26,691 nucleotides of DNA from assembly GCA_046485285.1 (NCBI GenBank), contig JAWOHE010000092.1, forward strand, positions 1 through 26,691. The letters run 5' to 3'. How positions within the stretch are numbered: the stretch's first letter is position 1; each line of letters opens with the position of its first letter. This document shows, piece after piece, positions 16,351 through 25,706 of this stretch. Both the position numbers and the translations under genes were made by a program. Source of the DNA: a bacterium (GTDB lineage: Bacteria; Hydrothermota; Tepidihabitantia; Tepidihabitantales; Tepidihabitantaceae). The notes under the pieces are model-generated. The model was not told the origin of the DNA. It did not search any database and saw only the letters and a program-made list of their open reading frames with translations.

Positions 16351-17440
16351 TATCGAGTCGATCCAGCAGTACAAGCCGGGCAAGCCGGTCGAGCAGGTCG
16401 CGCGCGAGCTCGCCCTGCGCGGGCAGATCGACAAGCTGGCGTCGAATGAGAATCCACTCGGGCCCTCGCCGAAGGCGCTCAACGCCCTCCGCCGCGAGCT
16501 CGGGAGCCTCAACTTCTACCCGGACGACACCTGCTGGCTCCTGCGCGACAAGCTCGCGAAGAAGCACCGGGTCGACATCGAGGCGGTGATCGTCGGCAAC
16601 GGGTCGGTCGAGCTGATAATGATGGCCTGTCTCGCCTACCTCCGGCCCGAGGACGAATTGGCGATGTCATCGGGGTCGTTCATCATGGCGAAGGTCGGCG
16701 CGATGATAATGGACTGCCGCCTGCGCGAGATCCCGACCAAGGAGTACCGCCACGACCTCGCCCGGATGCGCGAGAACATCACCGAGCGCACGAAGATCGT
16801 CTACCTCGACAACCCGATGAACCCGATCGGCACGATGGTAACCCGGCGCGAGCTCGACGCGTTCATCGACGGGATGCCGCCGCACGTGCTGGTCATCATC
16901 GACGAGGCATACGCCGATTACATGACGACCAAGCAGTACCCGCGCTCGCTCGACTACTACAACGCCAACCGGAACGTGCTGATCCTGCGGACGTTCTCGA
17001 AGATCTACGGCCTCGCCGGGCTCCGGGTCGGCTACGGCATCGCCCGGCCGGAAATCGTCGCGACGATCGGCAAGGTCCACACGCCGTTCAACGTCAGCCG
17101 TGCGGCCCAGCTCGCGGCGATGGCGGCGATGGACGACAAGACGCACGCCGAGCGGAGCCGGAAGCTGGTCGAGGCGGGGCGTAAGTACCTGCACGCCGAG
17201 CTAGAGGCGCTACAGGTGTTCCACATCCCGGGCTTCACGAACTTCGTGCTGGTCAACTTCGCAGTGGACTCGCAGGTCGTGTTCGAAGGCCTCCAGCGGC
17301 GGGGAATCATCACCCGGCCGGTCAAGAACTACGGCTACCCAAACGCGCTCCGCGTAACGATCGGCACGGCTCAGCAGAACAAGCGGTTCGTGAAGGCGCT
17401 GGCCGCGGTCCTCAAGGAAATCCAGAGCGCGCCGGCCTGA
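16304..17440 (+). CDS. hisC: Histidinol-phosphate aminotransferase
   Basis: AAGGAGG RBS; YKPGK, KLASNENPLGPSP, GNGSVELI, NPMNPIGT, DEAYADY, LRTFSKIYGLAGLRVGY (PLP Lys), LRVTIGT. Confidence 0.93.
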   Translation: MQPDISPGSYPTPRPNIESIQQYKPGKPVEQVARELALRGQIDKLASNENPLGPSPKALNALRRELGSLNFYPDDTCWLLRDKLAKKHRVDIEAVIVGNGSVELIMMACLAYLRPEDELAMSSGSFIMAKVGAMIMDCRLREIPTKEYRHDLARMRENITERTKIVYLDNPMNPIGTMVTRRELDAFIDGMPPHVLVIIDEAYADYMTTKQYPRSLDYYNANRNVLILRTFSKIYGLAGLRVGYGIARPEIVATIGKVHTPFNVSRAAQLAAMAAMDDKTHAERSRKLVEAGRKYLHAELEALQVFHIPGFTNFVLVNFAVDSQVVFEGLQRRGIITRPVKNYGYPNALRVTIGTAQQNKRFVKALAAVLKEIQSAPA

Positions 17441-17460
17441 GCCGGCGCCCGGGCGAGCGG

Positions 17461-18204
17461 CTAGCCGGGGCCGACCGGCCGGGCGTGGACCCGGGCCTTG
17501 ACGAGGTCCATCACGCAGCGGAAGCCGAGCCAGGTCGAGCCGGGCAGGTCCGGCTCGATGCCCCAGCGGCAGGTGGTCCGGCAGAACGCGGCCGGGTTGG
17601 AGTAGCTGCCGCCGCGGATCGCCTTGCCCATGCCGGCCCAGTTGCCGGACGTGAGCTCCCAGACGTTGCCGGCCATGTCGTGCGCGCCGACCGGGCTCGC
17701 GCCGTTCGGGAACCGGCCGACGGCGGTCGTGCCGGCGAAGCCGGACTCGCGCGAGCTACAGCAGCCCGGCGCGAACGTGTCGCCCCAGGGCCAGGTCCGG
17801 CCGTCGGTGCCGCGCGCGGCCCGCTCCCACTCCTCCTCGGTCGGCAGGCGCTTCTCGGCCCAGCGGGCGTAGGCCTCGGCGTCGCGGTAGCTGATCCCGA
17901 CGACCGGCGCGTCAGGGCGGTTCCAGCGCGGGTCAGTCCAGTAGCGGGGCGGCGAGTGCTTCGTCGCCTCGAGGAACTTCGCGTAGCGGCGGTTCGTGAC
18001 CGGGTAGCGGTCGATGTAGCAGTTGCGGACGATGGCGGTCCGGGGCGCGAACTCGGTCTCGAACAGCGGCTCGGGTTCCTGGTGGAGTTCGGCGAGGAGG
18101 GCCTTGACCCGGGCCGGGTCAATTCCGAACTGAAACCGGCCCGCGGGGACGAGGACAGCTTCACCTTCGTCCTTCGGGGTCTTGACCAGCAGAGGGAGGC
18201 TCAT
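17461..18204 (-). CDS. FGE-sulfatase (SUMF1/EgtB/PvdO-like) domain protein
   Basis: VPAGRFQFG, YPVTNRRY, PVVGISYRDAEAYARWAEKRLPTEEEWERAARG, DMAGNVWE, RGGS, GFRC; TTGACG-N16-TATATT promoter just upstream. Confidence 0.9.
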   Translation of the reverse strand: MSLPLLVKTPKDEGEAVLVPAGRFQFGIDPARVKALLAELHQEPEPLFETEFAPRTAIVRNCYIDRYPVTNRRYAKFLEATKHSPPRYWTDPRWNRPDAPVVGISYRDAEAYARWAEKRLPTEEEWERAARGTDGRTWPWGDTFAPGCCSSRESGFAGTTAVGRFPNGASPVGAHDMAGNVWELTSGNWAGMGKAIRGGSYSNPAAFCRTTCRWGIEPDLPGSTWLGFRCVMDLVKARVHARPVGPG

Positions 18205-18238
18205 CGCTGGTGGCAATATACTGACGCAGGGCGGCGCG

Positions 18239-18982
18239 TCAAGCTCCCGGCGCGAGCCAGCCCGGCCGGGGACCGGCCTCGGTCCGAACCGCGAGCGGCG
18301 TCCAGCCGGGCGGCGGCGCGACGCCCGCCTCCGCGCCCGGGCGCAACGCGAGCACAAGCGCCGGGCCGGCGAGCAGGGTGAAGAGGCGGGTCGGGTCGGG
18401 GCCGGCCGGCAGGGCGACGACCGCGGTGTCGAACCCGCCGCTGGCGACGGCTGCCTCGAGCGGACCGGCGACGGTGCTCGCCCGCCGTACCCCGGCGAGC
18501 GCGGCCTTACGTCGGGTGTAGGCGGCCAGTGCCGGGCAGGGCTCGACGACCATGACGCCGGCAGCGCGGCGGCACCGGGCCGCGGTGATCGACGACGAGT
18601 CGCCGGCGAGGAGCAGGCGGGTCCGCCATACCGGCCAGCGCCGGCTGACGACGGTGAAGTCCCAGTCGAAGAACGGAAGGGTCTCGAACAGCGCCGGCGA
18701 CTTCGCGGCGAGGAGGTCAAAGGCGTACGCGCGGACCAGCGCGGCTTCGAGCGCGCGGTCGTCGTCGCGCCCGGCTGGCCAGTCGCGGCGCCCCGGGTCG
18801 GCCCGGAGCAGGGCGCGAAGGACCGGGGGGTGGCGCGCGAGCAGGGGCGTGAGCCGCGCGGGTTCGACCGCGCCGAGCGCGGCGAGCAGGCGCGGGCCGT
18901 TGAGGCGCGCGAAGTCGGCGAAGCAGAGCCGGCCGAGGCGGACGAGCCGGTCGGCCGGGTCTGCCGGCGGTCCGGCAGTCAC
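18239..18982 (-). CDS. Hypothetical protein, possibly a degenerate class I SAM-methyltransferase fold
   Basis: GTG directly after the aminotransferase stop; LLLAGDSSSIT...VMVVEPCPALAAY...FDTAVV echoes MTase motifs but lacks an intact GxGxG. Confidence 0.6.
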   Translation of the reverse strand: MTAGPPADPADRLVRLGRLCFADFARLNGPRLLAALGAVEPARLTPLLARHPPVLRALLRADPGRRDWPAGRDDDRALEAALVRAYAFDLLAAKSPALFETLPFFDWDFTVVSRRWPVWRTRLLLAGDSSSITAARCRRAAGVMVVEPCPALAAYTRRKAALAGVRRASTVAGPLEAAVASGGFDTAVVALPAGPDPTRLFTLLAGPALVLALRPGAEAGVAPPPGWTPLAVRTEAGPRPGWLAPGA

Positions 18983-18983
18983 G

Positions 18984-20147
18984 TCAGCGGGCGGTAAGGA
19001 ACCGCCGGAGCTTGTCGAGCGCGCGTTCGATGTTGGCGACCGAGTTCGCGTAGCTGAAGCGCAGGAAGCCGTTGCCGTGCTTGCCGAAGCAGGTCCCGTC
19101 GAGGCAGGCGACGCCGGTCTCCTCGAGCAGGCGCCCGGCGAGGACCTTGCAGTCGATGCCGGTGTCCTCGACGTTGGGGAAGGCGTAGAACGCTCCGCTG
19201 GGCAGGCGGCAGCGGAAGCCGGGCAGGTCGTTGAGACCCTTGACGATGACATCGCGGCGGCGACGGAACTCGGCGAGCATCGCGTCGACCTCGTCGCGCG
19301 GGCCTTCGAGCGCGGCGATGCAGGCCCGCTGGCTGAATGAGGCGGTGCAGGAGTTGGTGTTGGTCTGGATGCGGGCGAGCTTCTCGGCCATCGCCAGCGG
19401 CATTATCCCGTAGCCGACCCGCCAGCCGGTCATCGCGAAGGTCTTGGAGAAGCCGTCGAGGATGATGAGGTGGCGGGCGATTTCCGAGACCTGGCTGATG
19501 CTGGCGAAGGTTCCTTCGTAGAGGGTCTCGGAGTAGATTTCGTCGGCGAGGACCCAGCAGTCGTGTTCGAGGGCGATATCGGCGATGCGCCGGAGGTCTT
19601 CGGGCGTGAGGACCCCGCCGGTCGGGTTCTGGGGCGAGTTGATGATGATGAGCTTGGTGCGGCGGTTGACGAGCGCGGCGAGCTCCTCGACGTCGAGCCG
19701 GAAGTCGTGGTCCTCGCGCAGGCGGACCGGCACGGCCCGGCCGCCCATGTACTCGATCATCGATTCGTAGATCGGGAACCCGGGGTTGGGGTAGATGACC
19801 TCGTCGTTTTCCTCGATGAGCGCCATTATCGCGAAGGCGAGCACCGGCTTGGCGCCGGGGGTGACGACGACCTGCTCCGGGCTGAAGCGGACGCCGCGCA
19901 GGCGGCCGGCGTAGTCGGCGATTGCGGTCCGGAGCTCGGGCAGGCCGGCCGACGGGCCGTAGTGGGTCCAGCCTTCGTCGAGCGCGCGCTTGGCCGCCTC
20001 GCGGATGTGCGTCGGGGTCGCGAAGTCGGGCTCGCCGATTTCGAGGTGGACGACTTCCATCCGGCATTCGAGCGCCTTCGCCCGGCACAGGCAGTCGAAC
20101 GCGGTCTCGGTGCCGAGCCGGTTCATCCTCTGGGCGAGCCGTTCCAC
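18984..20147 (-). CDS. Class I/II PLP-dependent aminotransferase (aspartate/aromatic aminotransferase family)
   Basis: HLEIGEPDF, THYGPSAGLPELR, TPGAK, NSPQNPTG, DEIY, DGFSKTFAMTGWRVGY, GAFYAF, LRFSYA. Confidence 0.93.
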   Translation of the reverse strand: MERLAQRMNRLGTETAFDCLCRAKALECRMEVVHLEIGEPDFATPTHIREAAKRALDEGWTHYGPSAGLPELRTAIADYAGRLRGVRFSPEQVVVTPGAKPVLAFAIMALIEENDEVIYPNPGFPIYESMIEYMGGRAVPVRLREDHDFRLDVEELAALVNRRTKLIIINSPQNPTGGVLTPEDLRRIADIALEHDCWVLADEIYSETLYEGTFASISQVSEIARHLIILDGFSKTFAMTGWRVGYGIMPLAMAEKLARIQTNTNSCTASFSQRACIAALEGPRDEVDAMLAEFRRRRDVIVKGLNDLPGFRCRLPSGAFYAFPNVEDTGIDCKVLAGRLLEETGVACLDGTCFGKHGNGFLRFSYANSVANIERALDKLRRFLTAR

Positions 20148-20148
20148 T

Positions 20149-22371
20149 CTAGTCCCCGGTCTTCGTCCGGCGAGCGGGCTTCTTCGCCGCCGGTTTCTTC
20201 GGGGCGGGTTTCTTCGCCGCCGGCTTCCTCGCGGCCGGTTTCCCGGCCGGCTTCGCGCCGGCCCGGGCCGCGTCGACCAGCTCCTTCGCCCGTGCGGCGA
20301 CATGCTCGCCTGAAACCTCGAACTCCCACATCAGTTCCCAGGGCTGGCCGGACTCGCCGAACCGGTCCTTGACCCCGACCGAGCCGAAGGCGAGCGGGTG
20401 GCCGTAGAGCCCGGGGTCGGCGAGCAGGGCGCGGGCGGCGAGGCCGGCGAGCGCGCCGACCTGGTGTTCCTCGGCGGTGAGGACGACGCCGGTCTCGAGC
20501 GCGGCCCGGACGAGCGGCGCGGGGTCGAAGGGCTTGAGGGTGTGATAGTTGAGCACCCGGGCGTCGAGGCCGAATTCCTCCTTGAGAATCCAGGCCGCGC
20601 GCAGGGCCTCGGGCACCATCGGGCCGCAGGCGACGATGGCGATGTCCTCCTTGCTGCCCTTGTCGTCGGAGGCGAGGCATACCTCGAACGCGTCCACGAA
20701 CCTGGGCTTCTCGCCCTTGTAGCGGTAGACGTTGGGCACGCCCCAGGCCCAGGGCGTGTGCGGGGTCGTGACGATCGGGGTCGCCTCGCGGGCGAAGCGC
20801 AGGTACTTGGGGCCCTGCTCAACCATCAGCAGGTGCTCGGTCGCCCGCCGGGTCTCGCCCGCGTCGCAGGGGACCGAGACCCGCATCCCGGGGATGCCGA
20901 GGACGTTGAACAGGTCTTCGAGCGCCTGGTGGGTCGCGCCGTCCGGGCCGACCGAGACGCCGCCGTGGGCGCCGGCGATGAGGACGTTGAAGTCGCCGTA
21001 GGCGACGGTGGTGCGGAGCTGGTCGAGGTTGCGTCCGGCGGCGAAGACGCCGTAGGTCCCGAAGACCGGCAGCTTGCCCTCCTTGGCGAGCCCGGCGGCG
21101 AGCGCGGTGCCGGACTGCTCGGCGATGCCGACCGATATCCAGCGGTCGCAGCGGCTGCCGTCGCACTCGAAGAACCGGGAGATCTGGATCGAGCCCGAGA
21201 TGTCGGCGCCGATGGCGATTGTCCGCTGGTCGGCGCCGCAGATTTCGAGCGCCTGGCCGAAGCCGAGCCGGGTCGGCTTCATCTCGACCTTCATCCACAC
21301 GCCATCGGCGTGTGCGTCCGCGTCGGGCTTATCGCCGGCGCCGCCCGGGAGTGCCGGTCGGCCTTCCTTGCTCGCCCCGGCCCCGGCGGCCGGCGGCCGC
21401 TGGCGGTTCCAGAAGTAGTCGCGGCCGAACTTCGGCACCCGGGCCATGAGCTCGGCGTCGACCCCGGCCTGGTAGTCAAGCGCGGCCCGCTTCATTGCCT
21501 TCGCGTCGAGCCGGAAGTCGACCTTGAGCTCGACCAGCGCCCGGTGGAGCTCGTCGTCGCTCGGCGCCTTGCCGTGCCAGCCCGCGACGTTCTCCATGAA
21601 GCTCACGCCCTTGCCCTTGGTGGTGTTGGCGATGATCAGGGTCGGCTTGCCGGTGAGCTTCGCCGCCTTCTCGAACGCGGAGAGGATCTGGTGCATGTTG
21701 TGGCCGTCGATCTCGGTCACGTGCCAGCCGAAGGCGCGGTACTTGTCCGCGATCGGCTCGATGTTCTGAACCTCCTTGACCCAGCCGTCGATCTGGAGCC
21801 GGTTGCGGTCGAGGACGCAGCAGAGGTTGTCGAGCCCGAAGTTGCCGGCCTCCATCGCCGCCTCCCAGACCTGGCCTTCCTGCTGTTCGCCGTCGCCGGT
21901 CAGGCAGTAGACCCGGCTCGCGCGCTTGTCGAGCCTGAGCGCGAGCGCGATGCCGACCGCGATCGACAGGCCCTGGCCGAGCGAGCCGGTCGAGGCCTCG
22001 ACGCCGGCCAGCTTGAGCCGGTGCGGGTGTCCCTGGTAGGGCGCGTTGAGCCGGCGCAGGCGGGCGACGTCCTCGACCGGGAAGTAGCCGGCCATCCCGA
22101 GCGCGACGTAGAGCGCCGGAGCCTTGTGGCCGGTCGACCAGATGATCCGGTCGCGGTCCGGCCAGTCCGGGTTCTCGGGGTCGTGGCGGGCGACGTTGAG
22201 GTAGAGCGCGGCGGCGACGTCCATTATCGAGAGCGTGCCGCCGGCGTGGCCGGAGCCGGCGGCGTTGAGCGCGATGAGGTTGTAGCCGCGCATCAGCTGG
22301 GCGGCCTGGGTCAGCGCGGCGGCGGGGTATTCCTTGCGGACCTTGCCGGTGCGGGAATCGAGTATCGGCAT
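20149..22371 (-). CDS. tkt: Transketolase (fusion of the split-type N- and C-terminal subunits) with Lys/Pro/Ala-rich tail
   Basis: GGAGG RBS before ATG 22371; GSGHAGG, RDRIIWSTGH, QGHP, STGSLGQG, GDGEQQEG (TPP motif), GIAEQ, GPDGATHQ, EEH. Confidence 0.92.
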   Translation of the reverse strand: MPILDSRTGKVRKEYPAAALTQAAQLMRGYNLIALNAAGSGHAGGTLSIMDVAAALYLNVARHDPENPDWPDRDRIIWSTGHKAPALYVALGMAGYFPVEDVARLRRLNAPYQGHPHRLKLAGVEASTGSLGQGLSIAVGIALALRLDKRASRVYCLTGDGEQQEGQVWEAAMEAGNFGLDNLCCVLDRNRLQIDGWVKEVQNIEPIADKYRAFGWHVTEIDGHNMHQILSAFEKAAKLTGKPTLIIANTTKGKGVSFMENVAGWHGKAPSDDELHRALVELKVDFRLDAKAMKRAALDYQAGVDAELMARVPKFGRDYFWNRQRPPAAGAGASKEGRPALPGGAGDKPDADAHADGVWMKVEMKPTRLGFGQALEICGADQRTIAIGADISGSIQISRFFECDGSRCDRWISVGIAEQSGTALAAGLAKEGKLPVFGTYGVFAAGRNLDQLRTTVAYGDFNVLIAGAHGGVSVGPDGATHQALEDLFNVLGIPGMRVSVPCDAGETRRATEHLLMVEQGPKYLRFAREATPIVTTPHTPWAWGVPNVYRYKGEKPRFVDAFEVCLASDDKGSKEDIAIVACGPMVPEALRAAWILKEEFGLDARVLNYHTLKPFDPAPLVRAALETGVVLTAEEHQVGALAGLAARALLADPGLYGHPLAFGSVGVKDRFGESGQPWELMWEFEVSGEHVAARAKELVDAARAGAKPAGKPAARKPAAKKPAPKKPAAKKPARRTKTGD

Positions 22372-22382
22372 CTTGCCTCCGG

Positions 22383-23045
22383 TTACTGCCGTCCGCCCGC
22401 GCCCGGGATCTTCAGGTAGTCCTCGTGGAACTTCCTGATGCCGGCCTCGGTGAGCGGGTGGTTCGCCATTGCCTTGAGCACCTTGAAGGGCACGGTCGCT
22501 ATGTGCGCGCCGGCCCGGGCGGCCTGGATGACGTGGAGCGGGTGGCGGAGGCTGGCCGCGATGAGCTCGGTGTCGAGGCCGTAGCTGTCGATGAAGTCGA
22601 CGATGTCGCTGACGAGGTCCATTCCGTCGTGGCCGATGTCGTCGAGGCGGCCGACGAAGGGCGAGAGGAACGTCGCCCCGGCCCGGCAGGCGAGCAGGGC
22701 CTGGGCAGGCGAGAAGACGAGGGTGCAGTTGGTCCGGATGTGCTCGTCGGCAAGCCCGCGCAGGGCCTTGAGGCCCTCGAGGCCCATCGGGATCTTGATG
22801 GTGACCTTGTCCGGGTCGAGCTCGGCCCACTGCTTGCCCTCGCGGAGCATTCCTGCGGCGTCGGCTGAGACCGCCTCGACCGAGACCGGGCCGTCGACGA
22901 CCGCGAGGATGTCCGCGACGCAGTCGCGGAACGGGCGACCGGTCTTCTGGACGAGCGACGGGTTGGTGGTGCAGCCTTCGAGGATGCCCCAGCTCGCGGC
23001 CTCGCGGATTTCGCCGATGTCGGCACTGTCGATGAACAGCTTCAT
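22383..23045 (-). CDS. tal: Transaldolase (short FSA/TalC-type family)
   Basis: MKLFIDSA, GCTTNPSL, Schiff-base Lys in IKIP, NCTLVFS, SPFVGRLDD; the Glu in PVSVE and Phe in SPF favour transaldolase over fructose-6-phosphate aldolase. Confidence 0.93.
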   Translation of the reverse strand: MKLFIDSADIGEIREAASWGILEGCTTNPSLVQKTGRPFRDCVADILAVVDGPVSVEAVSADAAGMLREGKQWAELDPDKVTIKIPMGLEGLKALRGLADEHIRTNCTLVFSPAQALLACRAGATFLSPFVGRLDDIGHDGMDLVSDIVDFIDSYGLDTELIAASLRHPLHVIQAARAGAHIATVPFKVLKAMANHPLTEAGIRKFHEDYLKIPGAGGRQ

Positions 23046-23262
23046 TGCGACCTCCTCACGGGGACGGGGTTTGTGTCATTGCGAATGGCTATTGTCAGCA
23101 TGGCAATCGGCCGTCGGGCGACCCGACGGATAATCGAGGTCAGTATATGCCCCAGAGGGCGGTTGGCAAGGCCGGCCGCGGCCGGCGGTTTGACTTCGCT
23201 GCCCGGCCGGCGATACTGGGGTGCCGGCGCGAGGCCGGCGAGAGAAGACAAAAGGAGTAACA

Positions 23263-23499
23263 ATGGCAGACACCGCCACGACCGCGGCCGGCACGTCCGA
23301 CAAGAAATGGGTCACGACACTGCTCCTGTGCATATTCCTCGGCGGACTCGGCGTCCACCGGTTCTACGTCGGCAAGACCGGCACCGGGATCGTCTGGCTG
23401 CTGACGCTGGGCTGCTTCGGCATCGGCACGCTCATCGACCTGATCATGATCATCGTCGGCAAGTTCACCGACAAGCAGGGCCGGCCGCTGGCGCGGTAG
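23263..23499 (+). CDS. TM2 domain-containing protein
   Basis: [52 protein letters not shown]. Confidence 0.93.
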   Translation: MADTATTAAGTSDKKWVTTLLLCIFLGGLGVHRFYVGKTGTGIVWLLTLGCFGIGTLIDLIMIIVGKFTDKQGRPLAR

Positions 23500-23560
23500 C
23501 CACCCTGGCGGAATCGGCGCCCGGGCTTGTCCTGCGCCCGGGCTCGGGCTAGACTGGTTC

Positions 23561-24118
23561 GTGGAGTACCTGCTCGGCGTCCTGCTCGGCATCGGGCTGG
23601 CCGCGGCCTGCGGGTTCCGGGTCTTCGTACCGCTGCTGGTCATCTCGATCGCCGCGCTCGCCGGCCGGCTTGAACTCGCGCCCGACTTCGCCTGGCTCGG
23701 CTCGTGGCCGGCGCTGGTCATCTTCGCGGTCGCGACCGGGCTGGAGATCGCGGCCTACTACCTGCCTTGGCTCGACCAACTCCTCGACCTCGCCGCGACG
23801 CCGGCCGCGGTCGTCGCCGGCATCGTCGTCACCGCCTCGGTCGTGACCGGGATGAGCCCGGCCCTGCGCTGGCCGCTCGCGATCATCGCCGGCGGGGGCA
23901 TCGCGGGCGCGGTCCAGTTCGTGACGACGAGCCTGCGCCGCGCCTCGGCGTCGGTGACCGCCGGGCTCAGCCAGCCGGCCGCGGTGACGCTCGAGACCGG
24001 CGGTTCGGCCGGGATGTCGGTGCTGAGCGTGCTCCTGCCGGTCGCGGCCGGGGCGCTGGCGGTCGCCGTCCTCGGCCTCCTGTCCTGGCTCGCGTTCCGC
24101 CGCCGCCCGGCCCGCTGA
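23561..24118 (+). CDS. DUF4126 family membrane protein
   Basis: GIGLAAACGFRVFVPLL, EIAAYYLPWLDQLLD...TP, IIAGGG; TTGTCC-N17-TAGACT promoter 5 nt before GTG. Confidence 0.88.
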   Translation: MEYLLGVLLGIGLAAACGFRVFVPLLVISIAALAGRLELAPDFAWLGSWPALVIFAVATGLEIAAYYLPWLDQLLDLAATPAAVVAGIVVTASVVTGMSPALRWPLAIIAGGGIAGAVQFVTTSLRRASASVTAGLSQPAAVTLETGGSAGMSVLSVLLPVAAGALAVAVLGLLSWLAFRRRPAR

Positions 24119-24196
24119 AATTTCGCTTGCACCCCCCCGGTTTCCGCGCTATTATGGCCGCGGCTCCCGATGGAGAGCGGGGGCCGGAGGTTTCTG

Positions 24197-25021
24197 ATGG
24201 ATCCTACCGAAGAAGAGCGCCTTCGCGCGCCCGATATGAGCGCGCTGGCAACCGCCACCGAGAGGCGGCCGATGCCGGTCGGGTCTCGTTTCGAGTGGCT
24301 CGACCACAACCACATCGTGATGGGCACCGGGCTGCTGGCAGGGCGGCAGTTCGAGGTGACCACCGAGATCGAGACCGACCGCGCGGCGGTCTACCTTGCC
24401 GACCAGTCCGAGCGGGTCGGCCAGTGTCTCATCGAGCGCAAGCCCCCGGGCCAGGGCGTCGGGCTCTGGCACATCGCGGTCCGGCCCAACCTGCGGCGGG
24501 GCGGACTCTGCTCGGTGATGACCTGGCTCGCCTTCCGTGAACTCCTCGCAGCCCAGGAACAGGCCAGCTTCCGGATCCGGATGACGACCTCGATCCGGCC
24601 CGGCGAGCAGGCCCTGGTCCAGAACATCGGTATCTGCGTCGTCGGCAGCCGGCTCGGGATGACCAGCGACTTCGCCGCCGAGCGCTTCCTTGCCGGCGAC
24701 AACTTCGTCGCGAGCGAGGTGATACCGGCCCGGGACGAGTTCCCGCCCGGGCTCAGGCTCACGATCCGGAGCTACCCGCTGGTGCTGGTCGCGGTCGCAC
24801 TAGACCCGGACACCGAGCGGCCCTCGACCTCGCCCAGGCTCTACCAGCAGTTCGAGCAGGACCCGGACTTCATCCGGGACTGGGCCCAGCGCGGCCTGCT
24901 TGTCCTGAGCAACGGCAACTACTCGCTGCGCGAGGGCGGGGTGGACCGGTTCGTCAGCGCGCTGGCGCTCGACGCCGAAGAGGCGGAGAGCTTCTACCGA
25001 CGCATCGTGCCGCTGCCCTGA
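24197..25021 (+). CDS. Hypothetical protein with GNAT-like acetyl-CoA-binding motif
   Basis: GGAGG RBS; TTGCAC-N17-TATTAT promoter at 24127-24155; LWHIAVRPNLRRGGLCS resembles GNAT motif A. Confidence 0.7.
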   Translation: MDPTEEERLRAPDMSALATATERRPMPVGSRFEWLDHNHIVMGTGLLAGRQFEVTTEIETDRAAVYLADQSERVGQCLIERKPPGQGVGLWHIAVRPNLRRGGLCSVMTWLAFRELLAAQEQASFRIRMTTSIRPGEQALVQNIGICVVGSRLGMTSDFAAERFLAGDNFVASEVIPARDEFPPGLRLTIRSYPLVLVAVALDPDTERPSTSPRLYQQFEQDPDFIRDWAQRGLLVLSNGNYSLREGGVDRFVSALALDAEEAESFYRRIVPLP

Positions 25022-25027
25022 CCGGGG

Positions 25028-25531
25028 CTAGCGCAGCATCGTCCGCGAGTAGTCGGCGATCTCGGTGTAGCGGAGGTCGTGCTCGCTGTAGGTCATCGCC
25101 GCCCGCCGGGCATACATGTCGATGAAAGCGCGGTGTCCCTTGTGCGGCTCGCCGTACTCGAGGGGCAGGCGGATGGGTTCGTTGAGACCCTCCATCCGGA
25201 GTTCGTAGCCGCCCGGGTTCCGGGAGACGCCGAGTTGGATGAGCAGGACTTCCGGGAACGGGTGGTCGGGTGCGGGCCGCAACCGAAGGCCCAGGCCGAA
25301 GTGGAACGCCCCGTCGGCGCCGTACTCGAGCGCGGTCTCGACCGGCCGCACCTCGCGCGGGTCGTAGTCGACGTTCGGGGGCAGGAAGCAGAACTCCGAC
25401 AGCGGCGCGCCGATGTCGTCGGCGAGCTTGCCGACCAGGTCGCGGGCCATACCCCAACAGGCCTGACGGTGGTCCTCCCAAGCGCTACGGGACTTGGCAT
25501 AGGCGGCACAGATTTCCTCATACTTCGACAT
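25028..25531 (-). CDS. Hypothetical protein
   Basis: CAGGAGG RBS; TTGACA-N16-TATCTT promoter (25575-25602); globular composition and typical codon usage. Confidence 0.78.
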   Translation of the reverse strand: MSKYEEICAAYAKSRSAWEDHRQACWGMARDLVGKLADDIGAPLSEFCFLPPNVDYDPREVRPVETALEYGADGAFHFGLGLRLRPAPDHPFPEVLLIQLGVSRNPGGYELRMEGLNEPIRLPLEYGEPHKGHRAFIDMYARRAAMTYSEHDLRYTEIADYSRTMLR

Positions 25532-25706
25532 GCGGGCCTCCTGTAGTCTCGTTTGTCATTCGGGCCGTGCGGTGAAGATAGTTGACCGGGGCGTGGTGTC
25601 AAGCCGGCCGGCCTCGGCCGGGCGCGGCAGGGTTCGTCAAGCCGGGGAAGCGGGCGCGGAGCCAGATCAGGGGCCGGTACCGCGTGGCGGCAGGCCCGCG
25701 GCGGCG

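Noticed and set aside
20398-22419. Long antisense ORFs (673 aa here; also 10375-11793, 5200-6513, 8732-9871)
   Set aside because: Typical high-GC shadow ORFs opposite well-supported genes, with no motifs.
23074-23110. GTCATTGCGA...GCAATC resembling a known short intergenic repeat type
   Set aside because: Single, degenerate copy with no inverted partner in the window; not enough support.
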